Part shown: one piece after another, positions 12,801 to 26,567 of the stretch
Position numbering within the stretch: position 1 is the stretch's first letter
How the letters are laid out: every line of letters begins with the position of its first letter
Assembly (NCBI RefSeq): GCF_037042905.1
Contig: NC_087250.1
Span: 4,032,001 to 4,092,000, forward strand
Source: Lytechinus pictus
Taxonomy: Eukaryota
Direction: 5' to 3'
DNA: 60,000 nt
Program-made: the position numbers and the translations under genes
Notes under the pieces: model-generated
What the model saw: the letters and a program-made list of their open reading frames with translations, nothing else
Database searches by the model: none
Told to the model about the DNA's origin: nothing

Positions 12801-15800
12801 GTACAGGAAAAATTGACAAGCAAAAAAGGAAAAATTGATAAATAAAACAAGAGTTATAAAACCAGAGGCGGATCTAGGATTTTCCAAGGGGGGGGGGGGT
12901 ATGCTTTTTGTACAAGAAAAATTTGACAAGCAAAAAAAAAAAAAGAATGAAACAAAGTTATGGATCCGGGATTTTCCAAGGAGGGGGGGGGAAGGCTTTT
13001 TGTAGAGGAAAAAAATTGACAAGCAAAAAAAAAAAAAAAAAAAAAAAGGTTTTCATTTGCATTGCAAATTGAGGTCCAAAAATCATTGTAACCTATGTTC
13101 GATAATTTTTTTTTTAAATGTGCATTTTATTTTTATTGTAATCCTTTATGTTTGGATGCGAAATAAATAAAAATAAACTTGAAACTTTTGTTCCACGAAA
13201 AAAATTGACAACCCCCCTAAAAAAGGGACCGCACTTGCATATTCATGACATATTCCTAAAACAAGTGTTTGTTGTACATCTCAAGGGGGGAGGGGCACGG
13301 GCCCGAAGAATGACATAACTATGTTAATTATACTTTTTAATCTACAGACATTTTCAATGAAATGCCTTGTAAAAAAAAATAAGACTTGGCCGAATTTTTT
13401 TTCATGACACCGATGGAAGAGCAAACTATTTTTTTAAATATAATCTATTTCCTGAATTATATTCATTAGGTATTTGTTGCAGGTACATATGGCCTATTAG
13501 CACCGGCTATTGCGAGGATCATCAGGATTTTGATACCAGATCCGAATATCACTCAATTTATCTCTATGGGAGTCGAATTCTATGGAACGATTGAAGGTAT
13601 ATAAAGAAATTTAAATCTAGCAATGAATAGAGTCGATGCAAAATGAGCATAATGATCGATAAAAATAAACAGCACGGTGACTTTCGATCCAGAAATGATG
13701 TTTTCAGGGGTTCCATGACATTTGCTCTGGCGACAATTGCTCCCCTGTTAATTCCAGCCACTAATGTATCTGAGACGAAATAAAGCCCGGAGCAATTGTC
13801 GCCGGTGCATATGTCGTGTCACAATTTTCATGTGGTAAAAAGAAAAGGAGAACATAAAAGAAGGAAAATGAGTAAAGAAGAAAAGAGATCATCAAAAGGG
13901 AGCTTTGGGTTGTAAAACTCTATATTTGATTTTGGTATGGATCATAAAGAAAAATACTAAATTAAAAAGTAATTCTTAGACTAAACAAAATATGATCTAA
14001 TACCAACAAACAAATTTCAACATTTACAGGAGAAGGATTGTCATTATATCAAGCAGATTGCTAGAAAAAAAAGACAATCCCAATAGCACATTTACTACAA
14101 GCACTAATTATGGCCGATGAAGTGTTTAAGGAATATACCGGGTAACTATCACCAGTCCTCGCCTGGGTGGAATGCACCACTCCTCCCTGACCTTTTTAAA
14201 GGGTGGAGGCTGGTTTGAGCATAGGGTGGTGCACATCCAGGGGAGGTGTACTAAAGTGGTATGAGGGGGGGGGGGCTGCACGTCTTGGGCAGGTGGAACT
14301 AAAGTGGTATGAGGGGCAAGGGTGCACGTCTTGGGCAGGTGGAACTAAAGTGGTATGAGGGGCAAGGGTGCACATCTAGGAGAGGTGGAACTACAGTTAG
14401 GAAAATCAGCCGCTGAAAGCAAAAGAAGGGTACATATTTCGTTTTGCTTGCCAGTGTCTGAACTCATCAGCCTCAGCGGGAGGGTGCACGCGCATCCAGT
14501 GCACCCCCAGCCGACGCCCTTGTTTTCGTTGCCGATCTTCATTAATACCCACCTAGATCCTATTTAATAAAGGCTTGTTATAAGTATAATGGCAATCAAA
14601 TTGAATGATTTCAGTAGCTTAAAACTGTTATTGCAATTTTGTTATTGTAACAAGCTTTATACACTGTAAAAAAGTTCATCCAATATTGGGTAAAATGGGA
14701 ACACGCATGTTTGCTGGGTAAAATGATACCAAATACGTTGTAAATTTTACGCAATGTTGCGCTGAAATTTACCCTTAAAACATGCATTTTGTCCAATATT
14801 GGGGGAAAAATTACCTGACATGGATGCATGTTTTAGTTCCCTTTCTACCCAATATTGGGTAAATTTTTACTCAATCATTTTTTAGAGTGTGAAAGGGCTC
14901 CTGATTTGTATTATTTATATGTTAACATTGCATACCAGTCGCAGGGCCAGTGGAAATTTCAACTCCAATGAAGGAGATCAATGGTCCCGCTATCATGCTT
15001 TACCCGCCAATACCGCCCGGTGACATCGTAATAAACTTCACCCTCCAAACTAATGGTGTCGCTAGCTTCATCGCCTGTGACCATCCAAAAGGAAGACTAG
15101 TGTCTATCGCATCAGGTCGCTGCCGTGTTCTGGGTAAGCTATATCATCAGCAAAATCAGTATTTAGAGTATCCTTCCCGAAGTATATCCCTACTGTAAAG
15201 ACCGCAGGTTACTCAACATAATTGCAAATTAAATCTTTGATCAACAAGTGCGTTTTCACAGAAGACTTACACAAATAAAGAGTTTAGTTGCAAAAGGGGT
15301 TAGGTCCACTTTGGACCATTCCGAGAAAAAACATGTTTTTTATTCTCACTTATTGCAATATTCTTATGAGAAACTAAATTGTCATGATGTACTACCCTAT
15401 CATGTGAACATATAATTGGGTATAAAAGAAATCTACCTGTCTTCTAATTTGTTCCTATATATTAAAAAAAATATATATCATAGTGGACCTAACCCCTTTT
15501 GCAAGTTAACTGAAATGAATCCAATCTCTTTTGATTAAAAAGGTGATTTTTCTTTGCCACCTTTATTCACGTTTTCATTTGAATTTCAAATTGTCTTTGG
15601 TATCATCAGAGTGACTAAAAATTTAGAGGTGTAGAGACAGAAAACAATAAAATTCATGAAAAATGGACCTAACCCCTTTTGACAAAGGAGTTCTTCAAAA
15701 GAGTTTAGTTGCAAAAGGAGTTAGGTCCACTCTAAGAAAATCATTTTTTTCAATTCTTCCATATTGCAATATTCTTATGCGAAATTGAATTTTCATGAGA

Positions 15801-18800
15801 ACATAGAATTGGGTATTAGAGAAATTTACCTGTCTTCATATTTTTTAAGATATTCTTTTCCAAAAAAAAGTCTGTGTGGACCTAACCCCTTTTGCAACTA
15901 AACTGAAATGGACCTAAACCCTTTTGAAAAAAGCGAATTTTAATTGCCATTTTAGTACACTTTTTAATAGGAATTTCAACTTTTCTTCGGTATCATCTTA
16001 AAGAGCTACTAAAAATCTATACATTAAGACATAAAAATCAAATTTGAAAAAAAATGGACCTAACCCCTTTTGCAAGTGAGCTATTATTACAGATCGAGTA
16101 AGGCCTTCTGTACGCACGTCATTGGTAGATGCCTTATGTAGCACCAGGGTGCCTTTGCGTAAAGAATTAGAACTTTTTGATTTTGCAACCATGGCAACTA
16201 CCATGGTAACATCGCTCAACAGCCAATCAAAATCAAGGTTTCGACGGTAGTTTTCATAATGACACAAATACAATAGTTCTAACTCTTTTATGATTTATGG
16301 GCCCCAATGGTCACTGTTGGAATGCGTCGTACCTACTGTCAAAGGGCCCATTTCGCAAAGTTATAAACTATAATTGCAGCTTTGCTATTATTGTAACTAT
16401 CTTGAAAACCTGAATTTCTATTGGCAGTTGGGTCATGTTACCGACCTAATGGCATATTTACAGTAGAACAGATACAATCATGGCAACGTTACCATTATGT
16501 AAACTTTGACAAAGGGTCGGGGACATCAGCAGCCAATCAAAATGACGGTTCTATGATCGATACCATAAAGGCAATTCTACCACAGTTGTAGGATAAAACG
16601 ATCCTGTTTCCCCTTTATTTTTACTTTCAGTCATTGATACGAACTGCAAAAACATGGTAAGAGTACGTTTCAAAGGAACAGCTACTGGAACTGATGAAAG
16701 GATAAGACCAGTTGAAAGCAAATACGTGCTAGTGTGGGAGCAGGATATCATCAGGAAGGAGCGACCGCTGAGGGCGCTGATCACCCTGACAGAGCTACAC
16801 AATGACACAGAGATGATCACATTTCAACCACATGGCCAGGTTGCTCGTTCACTGAACTTCTCGTGGCGCGGGGCTTCTGGCGGCGGAAGATTGGTGTCTG
16901 TTGGAGTATCAAATACTGTTGACGGACGATTCAATGATTGTGATTTAGCTGGTGGTGACGACGATGGAGATGACACTGATGGCAAAGATGGTGGCGGTTG
17001 TCGTGATGATGGTGGCAGTGTTGGCGGCGATGATGGTGATGGTGATTGTGGTATTGGCAATGATGATACTGTTGCCAGTGATAGTAAAGATGGAAATTCA
17101 CTTTCCACACATTGGACCTTTTTCTCACCACACTTCTGTGTCCCATTCCATTAACAAACGAATGCAGTGATTACACTGCCACGTGGTTGCAGAATCATGC
17201 TTTCTTAGCAATCAGGTAGACAAATCGCCATCACTTGTTATGAATTGTAGTTGTAACTTCAGCCATGTTTTACTTCAATTCAATTCAATTCAATTATATT
17301 TCAATCATAAAATCATAAGATATATACAAAGTAACATGCAACAATCGAGATTTAATCTAATGAATGAAATTGGAGACTAATATGAAAGTTAAAAAAACTT
17401 GTAAGTCATAGTCCCCCAAAACATGTCTATGATAATATTATTCAAATTCAAAATAACAAAATCTTGTTTGCTATGTACATTAATAACTGAACTTTTTGTC
17501 ATGCTTTGATGGTAAAGCAATCATTCACAGACAATTTTTCTAGTATTTCAATTTAGTGTCAAATATGGTGCTAGATTTAACACTTGATACAAGTACACTA
17601 CAAATTTGTCTACACATACACACCACGGTTTAAGTTAAACCGAAGTTCTGAATACAAGCCTTTTGATTCACAATTTGAAAAATTGATAAGGAATACTTGT
17701 CTGTCCTCACATTTCGTTTAGAAATGGAAAATATTTCAAAGCATTTTTCGATACTTCGTACTTTTCAAATTTCTACTTATTTATTTTGAACAAATGGTAC
17801 GAGTCTACTGTATTTGGTTTGTACTTATATTTGTTACCCATTTACAAAAGTAAGCTCAATGTTCTTGTTGTCCTTTTTTCATCGTTGTTTTGTATTTCTG
17901 TAGGCTATTTGTGATGTGTATGTGGAAAATGATACAGAAATAAAATAATCCAATTCATCAAAAAAGAACAATTATCTGATTATATCATGACCTCTTCCCT
18001 TCCACAAAAAGATCGAGTGTTTACGCATACATACAAATCACTAGGATTATATAATAATTTTAACTTGAAATATGCTAATGAAAGTGTCGTTAATTTCCAT
18101 TAATATTGTCAATGAAATGTAATATTGGTTTCGTATTTATTAATGATTTGTTCTTTATTCTGTAACACCATTTTAACAAGTTTCTCATAATGTTGCTCTA
18201 TGGCTTTTTTTTTTTGGGGGGGGGGTATCTGTTAATGATTACTTACAATTAAGCTTTAAAAAATTAGCTAACTAAAAATAAATATATCATATTTACATGC
18301 ATACCCTGGTTTTTCTACACGTTTGGCACCCCGGCCGCGTCAGACCAAAAGACGTTAAAAGATGGGAGCTGCTGCTACCCTGTTTGGCGTTCAACGATTA
18401 AAGGGATAGAGCCTCGTCGATCTGGCGCTGCACAGCGGCTGCCGGGCCCACGATCGATTGGGCAAAGCAAATTTTCGGAGTATTTCATTTCGTGTCTATT
18501 TCGAACAATAAAATATGGATTTTCATCATTTTTTTTTCATGTATAGTGAAATCAGGAAGCTTTGAAAACCTGATAGATCTACAGACATTTCCATTGTTTC
18601 TGGACAGTCCATTTATATTTTTCTAAATTAAATTATGAATTTTGAAAATATCTTTGAAAATATGCTAGGAATGTTTTGAAAATGTAGTGCATTGCAATGT
18701 TGATATTATGTGATAATATTAATAGTTGTATTCGTCATTTCATTATAATAATGATGATAATAATGATAATGATAATAATAATAATAATCATTATCATCAT

Positions 18801-21800
18801 CATAATAACAATAGTAATAATAATAATAAAGATTGCATAATCGAAAGCTCTCTCTATGCGCTTTACAATGTAAGACATAAATATTTACATATTATAAAGC
18901 AAAGTAATTGCAAGAAATCAACTAGCTGTAAAAATAAAACCAAGCATAATTAAATCAAAGTTAACACAAGATATTTGGCAAATAGCATGTAAATGTATAT
19001 TAATTATTGTAAGATTGGAATTTCATTCGATTTGCCTTCCATACAAACGGCCACACATATTAAACAATTCAATCGTCACAGCATCTAATAGTTCAAGTAC
19101 GTTTGTGTGTATTTTTCTCTACCTGTTCATGATGATCACGTATATGTATATAATAATAATAATAATATACAAAATTTATAAATTGCTTTACACGGAAGTT
19201 TCAAAGCACTGAGAAATAATAAGAAAAAATATACGTTCAAGATATCTCAGTAAAAGAACAACAAACAAAATGAAAGTGAAAACACTAATTAATTATACAA
19301 ACAAATATAGAGATAATCGGCGAATATACAACTTAAATATAACGGGTCGAAAGTCATGTGTGTAAATTCAAATAATCCTAATGATTAAGAACACAATCCG
19401 ACATAAAAAATCTAAACACAGTATTATGATTAAAATTAAGAATGCAAACTAACTGAGGGGTATAATTTCATACAAAACACAATGAAAGCGAAAGATAGGA
19501 TAGTGAAACTCATTAAAAGAGGTGGGTTTTAAGGAGGGACTTTAACAGTTAGTTCTAACCGCATACATTCGTAATTCCGAAGCTTCGTTATTCCGAAGGT
19601 TCGGATATTCCGAAGGTTCGTTATTCCGAAGGTTCGTATTTCCGAAGGTTCGCAATTCCGAAGGTTCGTTGATCCAAAAACGAAATGAGGTTCGAAATTC
19701 CGAAGGTTCGTTAGTCCGAAAACGAAATTATTAACGAACCTTATTTTATTTTCGGACTAACGAACCTTCGGAATAACGCCACGAATGTTCGGATTAGCGA
19801 ACCCTTTAACGTTTCGGATTAACGAACATCGAGGTATAGGCAATTTACGTGTTTCGGAATTACGAACCTTCGGAATAAAGAACCTTCGGAATTACGAACC
19901 TTCGGAATTACGAAGTGTAACCAGTTCTAACGATGGTGCCTCACGAACATTAATGGGGAGATTTTCTTTCCAGAGGTTAGGGGCAATAACTGAGGAGAAT
20001 CTGTCACCGTAGTTTGTTTTGGCCAATTGGCCACTCGCTAGAAACGATATGAATATGGGTTATCAAGAAATTCAATATCAGCGAACTGTAACCCAACATA
20101 AGTTATGCATTGACATCACCGCGCCGCCATCTTAGAGGCTTATTTACTCCATTACCTTGCATGCGTAGGTAATCTGCAGCTGGCGCATCTCTGACATCTC
20201 CGTTCCCATGTATCCCTATATCCTCTGAGGGAGGGTGCTATGAGATTGTGACGTCACATGCATACTGTCTAAATATTCATCTGGTCTTTATATGTTGAAT
20301 ATATCTATTAATCTTCTTCAGCTTTTAAACTAAGAGAAAATATTGATTTACCTTCTAATTTGACTATCTGGAGACAAGTCGGACAACTATGTAGCGCCAT
20401 CTCCAGCCAAGTGTGTAATTCTTTCGAAAACCGACGGACCACACGACCGAGGCTATCCGGCAGGGGTTGCAGTAGACCGGGTATTAGAACAGTCGATACA
20501 GCCTGCGAACAAGATAGAGAACCAATATGATATGTGTGTATGTATTCAAGTCGGATATCCGGAAACACATTCTCTACAAAAACGCCGGTGTTGATTTAAC
20601 ATCAGCCCGGTATCTATTATAAAGAGTTGAAACAACACCACTTAAGAATCAAACCGATGTTGGTTTAACAATGATTGGTGTTGTTTAAATGCCTATCTGG
20701 TGTTAGCCTCGAGGCGAATTGGTGCTGGGTACACCTCTTTGGTGTTTTCCGAAATAAATACCGAGCTGGTGTTTAATAATTGCAGGGCCCGCTGGGAGAA
20801 CAGTTTTCGGAACTGAAGTGGCTACTCTCGGTAAATATGCCGATATTATTATTATTATTATTATAAATTAACACCGGCCTTTATTTCTGCAGTGTAAGAA
20901 CGAGTGGTAAAATCCGACGTTGACAAGTCATTTTCCTATCGTAAAAATTCATTTCATTTCGGTAACCCCCCCTTCCTCCCCACCATCACCTAAAATATCT
21001 GCAAATATGGCCATATCCACCAAAATTGTAATATTGTATAATTCAAACAATAAAATACAACAGAAAAAGACACTGTGTGGCAACATCGGCTTTTCTAATT
21101 TTCATTTACCCGCTTGAAATCAGTGAAAATAAAAGTTTACCATATTACATCCGATTTCGATGAGATTTCAAATGTTTCGCTCGTTTGATTTTTCTCTATT
21201 TATCCAAATCCCACGTTTTGATGGTTGAAGTTGGGTAAGGTTCCTATTTTATAGGCCTATACACAGAAATAAAGACCTAGAGGACATGTTTGTTGGCTTA
21301 TGTTTTCTTGAAATGGTGTTGTATTTACCTTATAAAGAAGAGAATCACAAATACCAATTAACCGGGCTACTCGGTCCGATTGGAGAATCGGTTTGACGTG
21401 CGCCGGCATTCCGTGCCAGAAGTGTAGCAAATAGTGTTGAACGTCATCAAAGTTTGCCCGGATAACCGTATCTAATATCCGTTGGCAGTGAGTGCGATAC
21501 ATGACTAAGAACGTTGTTACCTGAATGAAAACAACACACGAGACGGTTGTAACGAGTATGGAGCGCAGTTTGCCAAATAGTAATGAAAACTTTGTTTATC
21601 GAAGATATGCACTGGTTTTCGATAATTGGTCGACAGTGCTTCTTTTTTCGCGGAAGTCGTTTTGCGATACACCATGTGTAAAGTCCTGTACCGACCGCAC
21701 AGAAACTTTGTTAGCGCTAACTGAGGCCCTGTTACAACCGGTAATGTGGCAGCGATGCTTAATGTTATAATAATGCACTACTTACATACTGAAATATTTT

Positions 21801-24800
21801 TGTTGACTTCACAATACGAAAGATATGACTGGGCTTACTGTTAGCGTTCTGTTAGGCTAACAACGTTTCTGTGGACCCGGCACTGGAAGGACTTGGCGAT
21901 TAACAACGTGAACAATGTTACGGAGATCATGTGGGCAAATGGCGCACCATATAGATATATGTGTGTGTGCGTGGGTGTGTCAGGGTTGTGTTTGTGAGGG
22001 TGTGATGTATGTTGGTGTGTTGGGGTTGTGTTTGTTTGTGAGGGTGTGATATATGTGGGTGTGTCGGGGTTGTGAGCGTTTGTGAGGGTGTGGTATATGT
22101 GGGTGTGTCGGGAAAGTGTTTGTTTGTGAGGGTGTGATGTATGTGGGTGTGTCGGGGTTGTGTTTGTTTGTGAGGGTGTGATGTATGTGGGTGTGTCGGG
22201 TTTGTGTTTGTTTGTGAGGGTGTGATATAAGTGGGTGTGTCAGGGTTGTGTTTGTTTGTGAGGGTGTGATATATGTGGGTGTGTCAGGGTTGTGTTTGTT
22301 TGTGAGGATGTGATGTATGTGGGTGTGTCGGGGTTGTGTTTTTTTGTGAGGGTGTGATGTATGTGGGTGTGTTGGGGTTGTGTTTGTTTGTGAGGGTGTG
22401 ATGTATGTTGGTGTGTTGGGGTTGTGTTTGTTTGTGAGGGTGTGATATATGTGGGTGTGTCGGGGTTGTGAGCGTTTGTGAGGGTGTGGTATATGTGGGT
22501 GTGTCGGGAAAGTGTTTGTTTGTGAGGGTGTGATGTATGTGGGTGCGTCGGGGTTGTGTTTGTTTGTGAGGGTGTGATATATGTGGGTGTGTCGGGGTTG
22601 TGTTTGTTTGTGAGGGTGTGATGTATGTGGGTGTGTCGGGGTTGTGTTTGTTTGTGAGGGTGTGATGTATGTGGGTGTGTCAGGGTTGTGTTTGTTTGTG
22701 AGGGTGTGATATATGTGGGTGTGTCAGGGTTGTGTTTGTTTGTGAGGATGTGATGTATGTGGGTGTGTCGGGGTTGTGTTTTTTTGTGAGGGTGTGATGT
22801 ATGTGGGTGTGTCGGGGTTGTGTTTGTTTGTGAGGGTGTGATATATGTGGGTGTGTCAGGGTTGTGTTTGTTTGTGAGGATGTGATATATGTGGGTGTGT
22901 CAGGGTTGTGTTTGTTTGTGAGGGTGTGATATATGTGGGTGTGTCGGGGTTGTGTTTGTTTGTGAGGGTGTGATATATGTGGGTGTGTCGGGGTTGTGTT
23001 TGTTTGTGATGGTGTGATGTATGTGGGTGTGTTGGGGTTGTGTTTGTTTGTGATGGTGTGATGTATGTGGGTGTGTCGGGGTTGTGTTTTTTTGTGAGGG
23101 TGTGATGTATGTGGGTGTGTCGGGGTTGTGTTTGTTTGTGAGGGTGTGATATATGTGGGTGTGTCAGGGTTGTGTTTGTTTGTGAGGATGTGATATATGT
23201 GGGTGTGTCAGGGTTGTGTTTGTTTGTGAGGGTGTGATATATGTGGGTGTGTCGGGGTTGTGTTTGTTTGTGAGGGTGTGATATATGTGGGTGTGTCGGG
23301 GTTGTGTTTGTTTGTGATGGTGTGATGTATGTGGGTGTGTTGGGGTTGTGTTTGTTTGTGAGGGTGTGATGTATGTGGGTGTGTTGGGGTTGTGTTTGTT
23401 TGTGAGGGTGTGATGTATGTTGGTGTGTCGGGGTTGTGTTTGTTTGTGAGGGTGTGATGTATGTTGGTGTGTTGGGGTTGTGTTTGTTTGTGAGGGTGTG
23501 ATGTATGTGGGTGTGTTGGGGTTGTGTTTGTTTGTGAGGGTGTGATGTATGTTGGTGTGTTGGGGTTGTGTTTGTTTGTGAGGGTGTGATATATGTGGGT
23601 GTGTCGGGGTTGTGTTTGTTTGTGATGGTGTGATGTATGTTGGTGTGTTGGGGTTGTGTTTGTTTGTGAGGGTGTGATATATGTGGGTGTGTCGGGGTTG
23701 TGTTTGTTTGTGAGGGTGTGATGTATGTTGGTGTGTTGGGGTTGTGTTTGTTTGTGAGGGTGTGATGTATGTTGGTGTGTCGGGGTTGTGTTTGTTTGTG
23801 AGGGTGTGATGTATGTTGGTGTGTTGGGGTTGTGTTTGTTTGTGAGGGTGTGATATATGTGGGTGTGTCGGGGTTGTGTTTGTTTGTGATGGTGTGATAT
23901 ATGTGGGTGTGTCGGGGTTGTGAGCGTTTGTGAGGGTGTGGTATATGTGGGTGTGTCGGGGTTGTGTTTGTTTGTGAGGGTGTGATGTATGTTGGTGTGT
24001 TGGGGTTGTGTTTGTTTGTGAGGGTGTGATGTATGTTGGTGTGTCGGGGTTGTGTTTGTTTGTGAGGGTGTGATGTATGTTGGTGTGTTGGGGTTGTGTT
24101 TGTTTGTGAGGGTGTGATATATGTGGGTGTGTCGGGGTTGTGTTTGTTTGTGATGGTGTGATATATGTGGGTGTGTCGGGGTTGTGAGCGTTTGTGAGGG
24201 TGTGGTATATGTGGGTGTGTCGGGAAAGTGTTAGTTTGTTAGGGTGTGATATTATATGGGTGTGTCAGGGTTGTGTTTGTTTGTGAGGGTGTGATATATG
24301 TGGGTGTGTCAGGGTTGTGTTTGTTTGTGAGGATGTGATATATGTGGGTGTGTCAGGGTTGTGTTTGTTTGTGAGGGTGTGATATATGTGGGTGTGTCGG
24401 GGTTGTGTTTGTTTGTGAGGGTGTGATATATGTGGGTGTGTCGGGGTTGTGTTTGTTTGTGAGGGTATGATATGTGTAGGTGTGTCGGGTTGTGTTTGTT
24501 TGTGAGGGTGTGATGTATGTGGGTGCGTCGGGGTTGTGTTTGTTTGTGAGGGTGTGATATATGTGGGTGTGTCGGGGTTGTGTTTGTTTGTGAGGGTATG
24601 ATATGTGTAGGTGTGTCGGGTTGTGTTTGTTTGTGAGGGTGTGATGTATGTGGGTGCGTCGGGGTTGTGTTTGTTTGTGAGGGTGTGATATATGTGGGTG
24701 TGTCGGGGTTGTGTTTGTTTGTGAGGGTGTGATATATGTTGGTGTGTTGGGGTTGTGTTTGTTTGTGAGGGTGTGATGTATGTTGGTGTGTTGGGGTTGT

Positions 24801-25310
24801 GTTTGTTTGTGAGGGTGTGATGTATGTGGGTGTGTCAGGGTTGTGTTTGTTTGTGAGGGTGTGATATATGTGGGTGTGTCGGGGTTGTGTTTGTTTGTGA
24901 GGGTGTGATGTATGTTGGTGTGTTGGGGTTGTGTTTGTTTGTGAGGGTGTGATGTATGTGGGTGTGTCAGGGTTGTGTTTGTTTGTGAGGGTGTGATATA
25001 TGTGGGTGTGTCAGGGTTGTGTTTGTTTGTGAGGGTGTGATGTATGTGGGTGTGTTGGGGTTGTGTTTGTTTGTGAGGGTGTGACGCACTAGCGTACCTA
25101 CGGGGAGGGGGGGGGGAAGGGGGGCACTCTGCCCCCCCTGACGAGTCACAACCCATGCAAAAACGTATCTTTGCCCCCCCCCCATGACGGGCTTGAAAAA
25201 CCTTTTTTGCCCCCCCTGACGAGCTTGAAGACCTTTTTTTTTTTTTTTTTTTTGCTTGTCATTTTTGTCATTTTTTTTCTGGTACGAAATCCTGTATTTG
25301 TGATCGAAGA

Positions 25311-25344
<34 letters not shown>

Positions 25345-26285
25345 TTTGTCAATTTTTTTCTGGTACGAAATACTTTATTTGTGATCGAAGACCTTTTTTC
25401 TTTATTTTTTTTTTTTTGCTTGTCAATTTTTTTCTGGTACGAAATCCTTTATTTGACCTTTTTTTTTTTTTTTTTTTTTTTTTGCTTGTCAAATTTTTTT
25501 TGGCGGACGGTTTTTGCCCCCCCCCTGTGGAAAATCCTAGGTACGCCACTGGTGTGACGTATGTAGATGTGTCGGGGTTGTGCTTGTCTGTGAGGGTGTA
25601 ATATACATATGTGGGTGTGTCAGGGTTGTGTTTGTGAGCGTGTGATGTAAGTGGGTGTGTCGGGGTTGTGTTTGTTTGTGAGGGTGTAATATAAGTGGGT
25701 GTGTTGGGGTTGTGTTTGTTTGTGAGGGTATGATGTATGTGGGTGTGTCGGGGTTGTGTTTGTTTGTGAGGGTGTGATATAAGTGGGTGTGTCGGGAAAG
25801 TGTTAGTTTGTGAGGGTGTGATATATGTGGGTGTGTTGGGGCTGTGTTTGTTTGTGAGGGTATGATGTATGTGGTTGTGTCCTGATTGTGTTTGTTTGTG
25901 AGGGTGTGCCCATGTGGGTGTGTCGGGAATGCAAATCCAAGTATATTTCCATAATCTGATGAAAATAAGCATTTTGACCAATAAAATGTCAGACCATTAA
26001 TCGATCAATGAAATGTCATTTTCAAAATTAAAACAAAATATAAACATTTTCTTACTAGATCCTTGGAGAAATTGCTTGGGAAGCTCATTCCTTCTATAAC
26101 GGGGAAGTTTTGGAGAAGACATGTAAGCTTTGTTCGATGTGTATACACCAGGGTTTTTCGGCTTGCTCCTTGTTTAATGGATTCCTGTATAGGGCTAAAA
26201 TGGTTTATAATCATATTAAACAAAGTTTGCTTATCTTATTGAAAATGTATGATTTGCCAGATTAAAAAGAAAGTTCTGAAATTGT

Positions 26286-26327
<42 letters not shown>

Positions 26328-26536
26328 GTAGTAGGCTACTACTACTACTACTGCCGCTGCAGCTACTACTACCACTACTATAGTAGCAGTATTAGTTGAA
26401 GTAGAAATATTAAATGATGATACAAATCTTAATATTCGTGATGATGGTGATGATGATGCAACAATGGAAAGAAGAAGAAGAATTAATGTCCCGTTAATAA
26501 AATTATATATACATATATATATATATATAAATATAT

Positions 26537-26567
<31 letters not shown>

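Noticed and set aside
16180..16500. CCATGGCAAC/CCATGGTAAC RFX half-sites
   Set aside because: Half-sites only, embedded in what appear to be short repeat elements, so not supportable as regulatory.
19560..19922. Regularly spaced TTCCGAAGGTTCG repeats resembling a CRISPR array
   Set aside because: Spacers are only a few nt, the array inverts halfway, it is TSD-flanked, and the context is eukaryotic with no cas genes. It is a foldback transposon.
20100..20270. YY1-like CGCCATCTT and CRE palindrome TGTGACGTCACA suggesting a promoter
   Set aside because: The motifs form the inverted ends (TATGCA-TGACATCAC / GTGACGTCACATGCATA) of a probable MITE, and no adjacent first exon was found.
24353..25981. 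267-aa and 210-aa His/Thr/Pro-rich ORFs
   Set aside because: Translations of the stop-poor strand of the 44-bp minisatellite and the inserted MITE.
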